The notes under the pieces: model-generated
The model's input: the letters and a program-made list of their open reading frames with translations, nothing else
What the model was told of the DNA's origin: nothing
Database searches by the model: none
Made by a program: the position numbers and the translations under genes
Assembly (NCBI GenBank): GCA_947302655.1
Contig: CAMYVW010000002.1
Span: 169,537-233,536 of the forward strand
Source: an uncultured Mycoplasmatota bacterium
Lineage (GTDB): Bacteria; Bacillota_I; Bacilli_A; RF39; UBA660
Length of the DNA: 64,000 nucleotides
Direction: 5' to 3'
Part shown: piece after piece, positions 37,352 through 47,463 of the stretch
Layout: each line of letters opens with the position of its first letter
Position numbering within the stretch: the first letter of the stretch is position 1

Positions 37352-38685
37352 TTTTTACTTTTTCTCCATATATATTTAAAAAAATATTTTCTTTTAAAAG
37401 GTGCTATTGGAATTGTATAAGGTTTATTTATTGAGTAAGTACTGCATAGATTTATTAGTAAGTAGAAGAGTACTAATATAATTCCATATAGACCAAGTAT
37501 TGTTGCTCCAAATAAAAATAAAAATCTATATAATCTTAGAGCATTACTAAATTCAGGATTAGTAAATACAAGTGATGATATAAAACATATGGCTATAGTT
37601 ATTATCATAATAGGACTTACTATTCCTGCTTTAACAGCTGCATCACCCAGTATTAATGCTCCAAGTATAGATATAGCTGTTCCATATTTAGATGGAAATC
37701 TAATATCACTTTCTCTTAATATTTCATATATTATTAACATTAATATAGCTTCAACAACGGAAGGAAATGGTACACCTTCACGTTGTGTCATAAAATTTAT
37801 TAATAAACTTGTTGGTATAGTTTCTTGATTATAGTTAATTGTTGCAATATAAAAAGCTGGTTCAACTAAAGTTATAATAAGACATATATATCTAATTATT
37901 TTTATAAAGTTTGTTGGACCTTCTTTACTATATTTATCAATTAGAGGATTTATAAAATCAGTAAAGTATGCAGGCATTATTAAAGCAAAGGGACTATTAT
38001 CAACTAATATTACTATTTTACCTTCGATTATGGCACTAGATATAACATCAGGTCTTTCACTTGTTATTATTGTTGGAAAAATAGATTTCATTTCTTTTTG
38101 TAAAGAGTTTGATATATTACTTGAGTCTAAAACATCAAGTAATTTAATATTATCTAGTTTTTTTAATATATAATCTATTTCATTTTTATTTTGATTATTT
38201 TCTATATATAGTGTTTGAACTAGGGTGTTAGTATATTTTCCAATAGTTTTATTAATTATTTTTAAATTCTTGGTTTTAATTCTTCTCTTTATAAGGCCTA
38301 AGTTAAGTTGGATGTTTTCTGTTAGAGCATCTTTAGGTCCATTAATTGATGGCTCTGTTTCTGGTGAATCTATACTTCTATATAAATCAGCTTTAACTTC
38401 GGCAGCATAGATATCAGTATTATTTTTAATTATTAATGCAAAAGCATTATTTAAATATTTTTCTGTTTCTTTTATTGTTATTTTTAACATATGTGGTGCA
38501 GTAATTTTATTTTTATAAATTATGGATTTATTAATAAATTCATTAATTTTATCTGAAGAACATATAGATTCAAAATAAATAATAGTGTAAGTATTATTTA
38601 TTTTTTTAATTATTAAATCTGGATTACCTTTATAGATTCCAGTTATTTTATTAACCACATATATCACCAAATATATTATTATCAT
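37348..38685 (-). CDS. Spore germination protein, GerAA/GerKA family
   Basis: An N-terminal soluble domain is followed by C-terminal TM helices. It is the first gene of the operon. Confidence 0.7.
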   Translation of the reverse strand: MIIIYLVIYVVNKITGIYKGNPDLIIKKINNTYTIIYFESICSSDKINEFINKSIIYKNKITAPHMLKITIKETEKYLNNAFALIIKNNTDIYAAEVKADLYRSIDSPETEPSINGPKDALTENIQLNLGLIKRRIKTKNLKIINKTIGKYTNTLVQTLYIENNQNKNEIDYILKKLDNIKLLDVLDSSNISNSLQKEMKSIFPTIITSERPDVISSAIIEGKIVILVDNSPFALIMPAYFTDFINPLIDKYSKEGPTNFIKIIRYICLIITLVEPAFYIATINYNQETIPTSLLINFMTQREGVPFPSVVEAILMLIIYEILRESDIRFPSKYGTAISILGALILGDAAVKAGIVSPIMIITIAICFISSLVFTNPEFSNALRLYRFLFLFGATILGLYGIILVLFYLLINLCSTYSINKPYTIPIAPFKRKYFFKYIWRKSKK

Positions 38686-38743
38686 CTTTTTATCTAGTAT
38701 ACTTTTATAAAGTTTAGTATAATTATGGTAGAGGTAAGCTAAT

Positions 38744-39928
38744 ATGGTTAAGGTAAAGATTGAAAGATATAGTAATCAACTTGAAGGTATAGGATATGTT
38801 GGTGGAAAAATTATTTTTATTCCAAAAACAAAAATAGGTGATGTTGTTGAAGCTGAAATAACAGAAGAAAAAAGCAACTATTATAGAGGCCGTATAACTG
38901 ATGATAATAGTAAAATTGATTGCCCATATTTTTATGACTGTGGCGGATGCCATTTAAGAAACTTTACTTATGATGAATCATTAAACTTAAAAGAAAACTC
39001 TATTAAACAACTTCTTAAAAAAAATAATTTATTTGATAAAGATATTATTGTTCATGAAAATATTAACCATTATAATTATCGAAATAAAATTTCTTTAAAG
39101 ATAGTTAATTCTAAAGTTGGTTTTTATCAAGAAAAAACCAACCATTTAGTTGAAATTGATAATTGCTTAATTGCTAAAGATGCAATTAATGATTTTATAA
39201 AAGATATTTATAAAATAGGTATTAAAAATGGCCTTATAACTATTAGATGTAATTATAATGATGAACTATTAATTGTTATTTCAACTGAAGATGAAATAAA
39301 ATATGACTTTAATGAACTGAAAGAAGATCATAAAATTGCTGGTGTTATTTTAAATGATAAAACAGTTTTAAATGATAATTATTTTATAGATAAGATTAAT
39401 GAAACTTTATTTAAAGTTTCATATAATTCTTTCTTTCAAGTTAATAATGCACCAGCAGCTACTATTGTAGATATAATATCTAAAAACGTTGATAAAAACG
39501 ATGATGTTTTAGATTTATATTGTGGTGTAGGTACACTGGGACTTTCGATTGCAAATAAAGTAAATTTAGTGCTTGGTATAGAAATTATACCTAATGCAAT
39601 CGAAAATGCTTTATTTAATTCAAGGCTTAATAAAATTGAAAATGCCAATTTTATTTTAGGTGATGTATCCAAATCAATAGATAAGATTAATAATGATTTT
39701 AATGCTGTTATTGTTGATCCACCCAGAGCAGGTTTAGATAATAAAACAAAATCATTTATTCTAGATAAATTTCCTGAAAAACTTATATATGTTTCTTGTA
39801 ATCCAATTACTTTAGTAAGGGATTTAGAAGAACTTAAAACAAAATATAGTATTAAAAGTTTTGATATTGTAGATATGTTTAGTTTTTCTCATCATATTGA
39901 ATCAGTAGTTATTCTTGAAAGGAAGTAA
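38744..39928 (+). CDS. 23S rRNA (uracil-C5)-methyltransferase, RlmD/RumA family (TRAM + Fe-S + SAM MTase)
   Basis: An N-terminal TRAM domain, the Cys cluster CPYFYDCGGCHLRN and a C-terminal MTase with a nucleophile Cys (YVSCNP) are present. Confidence 0.8.
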   Translation: MVKVKIERYSNQLEGIGYVGGKIIFIPKTKIGDVVEAEITEEKSNYYRGRITDDNSKIDCPYFYDCGGCHLRNFTYDESLNLKENSIKQLLKKNNLFDKDIIVHENINHYNYRNKISLKIVNSKVGFYQEKTNHLVEIDNCLIAKDAINDFIKDIYKIGIKNGLITIRCNYNDELLIVISTEDEIKYDFNELKEDHKIAGVILNDKTVLNDNYFIDKINETLFKVSYNSFFQVNNAPAATIVDIISKNVDKNDDVLDLYCGVGTLGLSIANKVNLVLGIEIIPNAIENALFNSRLNKIENANFILGDVSKSIDKINNDFNAVIVDPPRAGLDNKTKSFILDKFPEKLIYVSCNPITLVRDLEELKTKYSIKSFDIVDMFSFSHHIESVVILERK

Positions 39929-40982
39929 AATTATGAAAAAGAAAAATTTATTATTAAGTAAAGATGTTCAACCAGGCTACTTATATTTTTACATACATTT
40001 TATTGTTGAAGTTACATGTTTTTATTATTTAAGTAGAGTTACAAATGGAAGTTTAATTGTATGGGTAATACCATTTTTATATGATTCATTTGCATTTGTA
40101 CCACAAGGATTAATAGGGTATATAAATGATAAATTCCCTAAGTTAAAAATAGATATGTTAGGAGTGTTTTTATTACTTTTATCATATGTAGTATATTTAT
40201 TTACCGGTTTAAATATATTTGTATCTTTATTTATACTTTGTTTAGGTAATGCATGTTTACATGTATCAGGTGCAGAAGTTACTCTTAGAACTTCAGGTGG
40301 TAAGTTATCATCTCCTGCAATATTTGTTGCTGGTGGTTCATTTGGCGTTATAACTGGTAAACTTTTAGCAAAAACTACGTTACCACCATACTTTATTTTC
40401 TTCTTAATTTTAACAATGATACCTTTTATTATCTTAGCAAGAACATATGATGATTTTAAAATTAAAGAAACTAAATATAACTGTGCTAATCCTAATATAT
40501 CACCATACGTAATTATGGCTATTGCTACATTAATAGTTATTGTTAGAGGATATATGGGGTATGGTATTCCAACTTCTTGGAATAAAACAACATTTCAAAC
40601 AGTATTACTTTTTTCTTTCATGGGAATAGGTAAAGCATTAGGTGGTATATTATCTGATTTATATGGAGTAAGAAAGGTGGGTATATTATCTACCATTTTA
40701 GCAATACCATTTTTAGCTTTTGGTGATAACTTAATGATAGTATCACTTATTGGTGTAATGATGTTTAGTATGACAATGGCTATTACCCTTGCTTTATTAG
40801 TATCTGTACTTAAGAAAAAACCAGGTCTTGCTTTTGGTTTTACAACCGTTGGTTTATTTTTAGGAACAGCTCCAATATTTTTTGTAAGTATTCCTTCAAT
40901 AGTTGTTAATATCATAATGATATCAATTTTGTCACTATTGTGTTCTTATGCATTTAGTGTTATTATAATAAAGGAGAAATAA
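39915..40982 (+). CDS. Polytopic membrane protein (about 10 TM), function unknown
   Basis: It is hydrophobic throughout and overlaps the rlmD-like stop. Confidence 0.5.
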   Translation: MKGSKIMKKKNLLLSKDVQPGYLYFYIHFIVEVTCFYYLSRVTNGSLIVWVIPFLYDSFAFVPQGLIGYINDKFPKLKIDMLGVFLLLLSYVVYLFTGLNIFVSLFILCLGNACLHVSGAEVTLRTSGGKLSSPAIFVAGGSFGVITGKLLAKTTLPPYFIFFLILTMIPFIILARTYDDFKIKETKYNCANPNISPYVIMAIATLIVIVRGYMGYGIPTSWNKTTFQTVLLFSFMGIGKALGGILSDLYGVRKVGILSTILAIPFLAFGDNLMIVSLIGVMMFSMTMAITLALLVSVLKKKPGLAFGFTTVGLFLGTAPIFFVSIPSIVVNIIMISILSLLCSYAFSVIIIKEK

Positions 40983-41117
40983 TATGAAAGTAATCTTTAA
41001 GTTTTTCTTTATCAAAAAATATTTCTGGCTATTTTTCTCTGGAGTAGTTTTATCATTATTAATGATTTTATTAATAATATATTTGGGTATTAAGGAGATT
41101 AAAGATGCTCGTAAATA
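40983..41117 (+). CDS. Small (44 aa) membrane peptide
   Basis: This ORF is not in the six-frame track because it is shorter than 60 aa. A strong RBS AAAGGAG lies 7 nt before the ATG. It has a single TM helix and overlaps the next ORF. Confidence 0.3.
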
Positions 41118-41461
41118 AAATACCATATTATATTATTAGATCACTAATTTTTACGGTTATAATTGAGTTTATAGTTGCTCTTATTATAGGAATTAGAAAG
41201 AAGAAAGATTTAGCAAATGTTATTTTAGTTAATATTATTACTAATCCTTTTGTTACTATAATTCCACTTACACTTAATATATATGTTAGTTTAAATGCAA
41301 GACATATATCATTATTTATATTAGAAATACTAGTTTTATTTACAGAAGCAATTATATATAAGTTTGTACTTAGTTATAAAAAATTAAATTGGCTTTTAGT
41401 TTCTCTTATACTTAATTTATCTTCATTTGGTATAGGTGAAATTATAAATAAATTATTATAA
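41105..41461 (+). CDS. Small polytopic membrane protein (118 aa)
   Basis: An RBS AAGGAG precedes the start. It has 3-4 TM helices. Confidence 0.45.
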   Translation: MLVNKIPYYIIRSLIFTVIIEFIVALIIGIRKKKDLANVILVNIITNPFVTIIPLTLNIYVSLNARHISLFILEILVLFTEAIIYKFVLSYKKLNWLLVSLILNLSSFGIGEIINKLL

Positions 41462-41479
41462 ATAAGAAGGGAATAATAA

Positions 41480-42802
41480 ATGAAAAAACTATTTTATTTT
41501 GTTATTGGTGTTTTGCTTGTTATACCACTATCTGTTAAAGCTGATATGGGAGCACCAATGATTAGAGGTATTGTTGTTACACCTAAATCTCCATCTGGAG
41601 CACCTTGTTATAATGATACTAAAGAAGGCACTGTTGGAGAAAAAGTAGGCACTATTAATTATGGCGAAAATGTTTATTATTATTATGAAAGAAAAATTGA
41701 CGGTACAAGTTATGCGGATGTGTTTAATCTTGGCAAATGTTCATTGATTAATTTGTCAGATTTTAAACTAGCTGATGAAAAAAATAAAAATGATATTTTT
41801 GCTGATACTGACTTATATAAGGGAAGAACATTTTTTGATTTAAAGGTCTATTTAGGTCCTAGTTCTACATATGAGCAAATTGGTATTATTAATAAAAATA
41901 CTGAAATTAAGTTGTCTGGTGAACTATATGATGGCACGTGGGTTTATGTGGTTAGTAATGGTATAGAAGGATATGCAGATATTGCTGATGGTGCAGCTGG
42001 ATATCTAGTTAATATTGATGCTGTAGCATTAATACCTTCTATGAAAAAATATACCGATTATATATATATTCTAGATTCTTGGTCAAATAGTTATATGGTA
42101 AAAGATGGTTCTAATTATGTTCAAATACCTGTGTCCACAACCTATATTCCTAATAAAACGGGTATTTCTGCAAAAGTAATTCATGATATTGAATTATATG
42201 ATGATATATATCGACATGAACTTGATTCTAATGGTAATGTTGTTGATATAGATTTAGGGGAAAAGGTCTTAACGGTTCCTAAAGGTTCTGAAGTAACAAT
42301 TATAGGATTTCGTATTTCTAAAGAACCTGGATGCCTAGTTTCCTATAACGGAAGAACTGGTTGGGACAAATCTGGCTGTTCTAACTATGATTTTGAGTAC
42401 AATATTCCTGATAATTTTATCAAATATATAAGTTCTGAATATTTCTATAAAGATGGAACAGCTAAGGTATTAGATGTAACTGATTACGAGCAAATTAAAA
42501 ATGATAAAGATATTATCAATTTGTTAAAAGATCCTAACAAAGATACTGACATTGATAATCCAAATATTGATGATCCAAATATTGATGATTCAAATATTGA
42601 TGATTCAGATCCAAGTGATTTACCGGCACCTGATATAGATGATGATGGTTCTAAAGATTCTATGTCACTTAGAACAATAATACTTCTTTGTGCACTTGGT
42701 GGTATTGTTGTTGTATCAACAGGTATTGTTATACTTATATTAATTAATAAAAAGAAGAAAGAAAAAGTAAAAAATATAAATATAGAAAAGGAGAGTAATT
42801 AA
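41480..42802 (+). CDS. Surface protein with SH3b-like domains, acidic NIDD repeats and C-terminal TM anchor (paralog 1)
   Basis: The signal peptide is MKKLFYFVIGVLLVIPLSVKA|DMGAP. A GTWVYVVSNGIEGYADIADGAAGYL segment is SH3_3-like. It ends with a hydrophobic helix plus KKKK. Confidence 0.65.
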   Translation: MKKLFYFVIGVLLVIPLSVKADMGAPMIRGIVVTPKSPSGAPCYNDTKEGTVGEKVGTINYGENVYYYYERKIDGTSYADVFNLGKCSLINLSDFKLADEKNKNDIFADTDLYKGRTFFDLKVYLGPSSTYEQIGIINKNTEIKLSGELYDGTWVYVVSNGIEGYADIADGAAGYLVNIDAVALIPSMKKYTDYIYILDSWSNSYMVKDGSNYVQIPVSTTYIPNKTGISAKVIHDIELYDDIYRHELDSNGNVVDIDLGEKVLTVPKGSEVTIIGFRISKEPGCLVSYNGRTGWDKSGCSNYDFEYNIPDNFIKYISSEYFYKDGTAKVLDVTDYEQIKNDKDIINLLKDPNKDTDIDNPNIDDPNIDDSNIDDSDPSDLPAPDIDDDGSKDSMSLRTIILLCALGGIVVVSTGIVILILINKKKKEKVKNINIEKESN

Positions 42803-42805
42803 TTT

Positions 42806-43894
42806 ATGAAAAAATTATTATTATTTGTATTTACTTTATTACTTATTATTCCACTATCTGTTAAAGCAGATATGGGAGCACCTGCAATCAAAGAATATAA
42901 AGCTACACCTAAATCAAAGGATGGAGCTACATATTATGATTGGGACTTAAAAAAGAAAGGTACTATTGAATATGAAGAAACTATAGAAATCTATAGTGAA
43001 GAAACAATTAATGGAACTTTATATGGTATGTTTAACATTAATCTTGAACCAAGATATGTAAAACTATCAGATGTAAAACTAGTTGATGAAGATACTTTAG
43101 TTAAACCAAATAAAGATGAAAAACTATACAAAGCTAGAGTATTTAAAGATGTTAAAATCTATAACGGACCAAATCATTCTTATTCTTCTATAGGAGAACT
43201 TAAAGAAAATACTGATATTAGATCAACATATTATTTAGATAATGGAACTTGGGTATATGTTGTAACTGATGATGTTCAAGGATATGTTGATGCATCAAAC
43301 GGAACTATTGGTTTATTAAATAAAGAAAAATTACTCGATTCAAAAACTGATAAAGTTTATGAAGAATCTTATGAACTTGATCCATGGACTAAAGAATACT
43401 ATGTTAAAGAAGATGGTGTTTATGTTAAGCTAAATGGATATTTAACTGGTTCAGAATTCTTTGGTACTAAAGATGTTACAACAACAGATGATGTAAAAAT
43501 TTATAAAGATTTAGAATCTAATACAGTTGTAACTACTATACCTAAGGGTGCTGAAATAACAATTAAATATGTTCAAAATGCAAACTTTATGTCTGCAAAA
43601 TATGTTACTTATAAAGATAATAGTGGATGGGTTTTAGAAGATGGTTATGATGCTTTTGATATTGAATGGGATGATAGCCATAATTATATGGATGCATACG
43701 TTCAAGATGGAACAATGGAAGATGCTAAAGATGTTCCTACTCCTAAAAAACCTAAAGTAGAGGATAAAAAATTATCTTTAAAAGAAATTATCTTAATATG
43801 TGCAGGTGGAGCCGTTATACTTGTAGCAACAGCTACAGTTATAATTGTAACAATAAATAAAAAGAAAAAGAAAGCCGTAGTAGAAGAAGCCTAG
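42806..43894 (+). CDS. Surface protein with SH3b-like domains and C-terminal TM anchor (paralog 2)
   Basis: The signal peptide ...IPLSVKA|DMGAP is identical to paralog 1. It also has GTWVYVVTDDVQGYVD and a C-terminal TM helix plus KKKKK. Confidence 0.65.
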   Translation: MKKLLLFVFTLLLIIPLSVKADMGAPAIKEYKATPKSKDGATYYDWDLKKKGTIEYEETIEIYSEETINGTLYGMFNINLEPRYVKLSDVKLVDEDTLVKPNKDEKLYKARVFKDVKIYNGPNHSYSSIGELKENTDIRSTYYLDNGTWVYVVTDDVQGYVDASNGTIGLLNKEKLLDSKTDKVYEESYELDPWTKEYYVKEDGVYVKLNGYLTGSEFFGTKDVTTTDDVKIYKDLESNTVVTTIPKGAEITIKYVQNANFMSAKYVTYKDNSGWVLEDGYDAFDIEWDDSHNYMDAYVQDGTMEDAKDVPTPKKPKVEDKKLSLKEIILICAGGAVILVATATVIIVTINKKKKKAVVEEA

Positions 43895-43943
43895 TGCTTT
43901 CTTTTTTTATGGATTTATATTATAATTTTTTTGGTGATTACAA

Positions 43944-44381
43944 ATGAAACTTGTTGTACAAAGAGTAAAAAATGCTAGTGTTAAAGTTGATGGTGAAGTT
44001 ATAGGTAAGATTGAAAAAGGTTTTATGGTTTTACTCGGAGTAACACATACTGATACTAAAGAAACAGCCGATTATTTAATTGATAAACTTCTTAAACTTC
44101 GTGTTTTTGATGATGAAAATGATAAGATGAATTATGATATAAATAAAGTTGGTGGAGATCTTTTAATTATTTCTCAGTTTACTTTATACGCTGATACATC
44201 TGCAGGTAATAGACCTTCTTTTATAAATGCTGCTAAACCAGATTTAGCTGAACCTTTATATGAATATTTTTGTAGTGAATGCTTAAAAAAGGGCATACAT
44301 GTTGAAACTGGTAAATTTGGTGCTGATATGAAAGTTGAACTTTTAAATGATGGACCTGTAACTATTATTTTGGAAAAGTAG
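43944..44381 (+). CDS. dtd: D-aminoacyl-tRNA deacylase
   Basis: The SQFTL motif and a C-terminal NDGPVT motif are present. Confidence 0.9.
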   Translation: MKLVVQRVKNASVKVDGEVIGKIEKGFMVLLGVTHTDTKETADYLIDKLLKLRVFDDENDKMNYDINKVGGDLLIISQFTLYADTSAGNRPSFINAAKPDLAEPLYEYFCSECLKKGIHVETGKFGADMKVELLNDGPVTIILEK

Positions 44382-44391
44382 GAATATTATT

Positions 44392-45885
44392 ATGAAATGG
44401 AATTTTGTAGCAGATCTATATTTTGATGATAAAGTATTTGGCTCTTTTGTACGTAATGATGGTTTTCGTTATTTTTTTGAAAAAGTAAATGATGATTATG
44501 AATACCCATATTTTATGGACTATTTAAAACTACGTAATTTAAACGCTGGTTCTAATTATATTTATTCACTTGATAATTTTTCTTTAGATAATTTAAAAGT
44601 TAGATTTAAAAATAATAAAGTTATACCACTAGCTCTCGCGACATCAATTATGCTTTCAAGTGCAGCGTGCACTAAAAAGAAAATTGTTAATGATGATAAT
44701 AATAATATGTTTCATGTTGAAGACGTTCAAACTCTTCCGAATGATTTTTCATTTGATGGAATGGAACTTGATATATTTGATAATAATAGCAATGCTTTTA
44801 TTGTTAAATCATTAAATAAAAATACTTTAGATTATAATAAAGTATCAAGTCCGTCTGAATTTGTTCCTTTATTTAGTTATAATAAATTTATTAATCCTAG
44901 TGAAGCGTCTAATTATTTAATTAAAAGAAATGTTACACTTAATGATATTAAAGATTTAATTAATACTAAACCCTTAGATGATTTTACGAAGAAAGTATTA
45001 ATTGAAGGTTTAGATAATTTGAAAACTAAAAAGGTTAATATAAATTTGGATCTTCTTTATTATAATATTTATAACTTATCTATATCTTATTATGAAGACT
45101 TAGATTTATCAGATAAATCAATCAATGAAGAAGCAAGATTTGTTCCTGAAAAACATCAAATATATCTATCAAAGAATTACTCTAGTGAAGATGTTTATAA
45201 AAAAGTTTTATGCCATGAAATACTTGGTCATGGTTCTACTACAGCTTATATAGATGAATATAATGTTTATTGTACTCCAAGGATTCCTATTGCTATTTTT
45301 GATAATGAAGGAAATATAGTTCAGGTTTCTTACTATGGATCTGCTCTTGATGAAGGTTATACAGAAATTATTGCAGGTATAGCATCAGGTAATAAAATAA
45401 ATTGTTATAAATCTGGATATGGTTTTTTATCTTATGCTTTTATTTCATATTTAGCGATGTGTGGTTTAAATATTAATGATTTTTCTAAAGAAGGAGTTAC
45501 TGCTATAAAAAGAGCATCAGATAGTATTAATCGTAATATATCTTCAGATTTAATAAATACTTTAGATACAACTCTTTCGTTACAGATGAGTAATGTAAGT
45601 TTTTATAATGATTATACTGATTACATAATAAGTATATATATGGAATTAATCGATGGTTATACATATCAAGGATATGATGATAAATTAATAGAAAATTTAG
45701 TTAAATTTTCTTTAGATAGATATAAAGATTATATTGAACCGGTATTTAAAGGAAATGGTATATCTTTAATAGCATCTTATAATGATGCTGGATCTCAAGT
45801 TTTTGTTGATCCAAGTGTTGTTAGTGAATGTGCTTTATATTATGTAGAAAATAGAGATAAAAATTATAAATCAAGAAAAATATAA
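44392..45885 (+). CDS. Hypothetical membrane-anchored protein with HExxH (HEILGH) zinc-metallopeptidase-like motif
   Basis: An internal hydrophobic anchor VIPLALATSIMLSSAAC lies at about residue 80-95, and the VLCHEILGHGST motif at about residue 290. The start is uncertain. Confidence 0.5.
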   Translation: MKWNFVADLYFDDKVFGSFVRNDGFRYFFEKVNDDYEYPYFMDYLKLRNLNAGSNYIYSLDNFSLDNLKVRFKNNKVIPLALATSIMLSSAACTKKKIVNDDNNNMFHVEDVQTLPNDFSFDGMELDIFDNNSNAFIVKSLNKNTLDYNKVSSPSEFVPLFSYNKFINPSEASNYLIKRNVTLNDIKDLINTKPLDDFTKKVLIEGLDNLKTKKVNINLDLLYYNIYNLSISYYEDLDLSDKSINEEARFVPEKHQIYLSKNYSSEDVYKKVLCHEILGHGSTTAYIDEYNVYCTPRIPIAIFDNEGNIVQVSYYGSALDEGYTEIIAGIASGNKINCYKSGYGFLSYAFISYLAMCGLNINDFSKEGVTAIKRASDSINRNISSDLINTLDTTLSLQMSNVSFYNDYTDYIISIYMELIDGYTYQGYDDKLIENLVKFSLDRYKDYIEPVFKGNGISLIASYNDAGSQVFVDPSVVSECALYYVENRDKNYKSRKI

Positions 45886-45943
45886 TACTTGTTTTATTTA
45901 TAAACTAATAGTATTATAAGTAAAAGTTTGGAAGTGGTGTTTT

Positions 45944-46852
45944 ATGTATAAAAGTAATGTAAATTTAAATTTATATAAAACATTTTATGATGTTGCTAAA
46001 TGTGGAAGTATTTCAAAAGCTGCTCAAAACTCTTTTACTTCTCAACCTGCAATAAGTAAATCTATTAAAAATCTCGAAGAAGAACTTGGTACGCAGTTAT
46101 TTTATAGAAAAAAAGATGGTGTTATTCTTACACCAAAAGGTGAAGAACTTTTATATTATGTTGAAAAATCCTATAGTAATTTAATAACTGCTGAAAGAAT
46201 AATGATTGAAACCGAAGATTTAAAAAGAGGTAAGCTTTCCATTGGAATGCCATCAAATATCGGAGCATTTTATTTATTTGATAAAGTTATAGAGTTTCAT
46301 AAAAAATATCCTAATATTGAAGTTACAGTTGTAACTGGTGGTACAAGATATTTACTTGATTTACTAGATTCACATAAAGTTGATTTAATATTTGATATGG
46401 CACCTGTTGATATAGACAATGATGAATTAACATGTGATAAGATTACAAACGTTAAATATTGCTTTGCTTATAAAAATAATACCAAAGCTTTTGATCCATC
46501 AAAGGTTAAAAAATTAAAAGATTTAAAAAATGTTCCTTTAATTTTACCTATACCTGGTACATCAAATAGAAAAGCTTTAGATGAACTTTTTGATAAAAAT
46601 AATATCTTGGTTGAAAATGTTTTAAATATCCATACATCAGAGATGATTGAATCATTTATTAAACAGGACTTAGGTGTCGGATATGTTATTTATGATGTTA
46701 TTAAAAATGATGTAAAAAAAGGTGATTTATCAATATTTAATTTTGATGAAGAATTACCTGGTGTTGATATAGTTATTGTTTATAATAAAAAATTATTATC
46801 AACTGCACCTAAAAGATTTGTTGAAGAATACATTAACTATAATATTAAATAA
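45944..46852 (+). CDS. LysR-family transcriptional regulator
   Basis: An N-terminal HTH (SISKAAQNSFTSQPAISKSIKNLEEELGTQLF) and a C-terminal substrate-binding domain are present. Confidence 0.85.
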   Translation: MYKSNVNLNLYKTFYDVAKCGSISKAAQNSFTSQPAISKSIKNLEEELGTQLFYRKKDGVILTPKGEELLYYVEKSYSNLITAERIMIETEDLKRGKLSIGMPSNIGAFYLFDKVIEFHKKYPNIEVTVVTGGTRYLLDLLDSHKVDLIFDMAPVDIDNDELTCDKITNVKYCFAYKNNTKAFDPSKVKKLKDLKNVPLILPIPGTSNRKALDELFDKNNILVENVLNIHTSEMIESFIKQDLGVGYVIYDVIKNDVKKGDLSIFNFDEELPGVDIVIVYNKKLLSTAPKRFVEEYINYNIK

Positions 46853-46855
46853 CAA

Positions 46856-46882
46856 AGATATAACAAAAGGTTATATCTTTTA
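46856..46882 (+). terminator. Intrinsic terminator after LysR gene
   Basis: agatataac-aaaagg-ttatatct is followed by ttt. Confidence 0.4.
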
Positions 46883-46946
46883 TAATTTTATAATATTATT
46901 CTTTTTTATTTATGTCTTGATATAATTTAATTACAAAAAAGGTGAC

Positions 46947-47378
46947 GTGATATTTATGAAAATTATTGAAGTATGTGCAGCTGTAATTGAAAGAGATGGT
47001 TTATTTTTATCAACTCAAAGGGGATATGGTTCTTTTAAAGGAAAGTGGGAATTCCCTGGTGGTAAAATTGAAGAAGGGGAAACATATGATGAATCACTAA
47101 AAAGAGAAATATATGAAGAGTTAAAGGTTCATATTAATATTTTAGATGAGATATGTACGATTGAATATGACTATCCTACATTTCACTTAATTATGCACAC
47201 ATTTTTATGTAACATGATTGAAGAAGATGTTAATAAAGTTTTTCATGATCGATACGAGTTTGTTCATGATAATTATAAATGGCTTAGTAAAGAAGAACTA
47301 AACACACTAGACTGGCTTCCTGCTGACATTTTAGTTATTGAAAAACTTAATCCATATTTAAGAGCTAAAGGTATCTAA
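46947..47378 (+). CDS. NUDIX hydrolase (MutT-like)
   Basis: The Nudix box GGKIEEGETYDESLKREIYEEL is present. The start is likely 46956. Confidence 0.8.
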   Translation: MIFMKIIEVCAAVIERDGLFLSTQRGYGSFKGKWEFPGGKIEEGETYDESLKREIYEELKVHINILDEICTIEYDYPTFHLIMHTFLCNMIEEDVNKVFHDRYEFVHDNYKWLSKEELNTLDWLPADILVIEKLNPYLRAKGI

Positions 47379-47402
47379 ATAGCAATATTTAGATACTTTT
47401 TT
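47371..47402 (+). terminator. Intrinsic terminator after NUDIX gene
   Basis: gtatctaaata-gcaa-tatttagatac is followed by TTTTTT. Confidence 0.5.
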
Positions 47403-47463
47403 AATTTGATAATAAATATAATTTATTATATAATTATTTGAGAAATATGGAAGGTACAAACAA

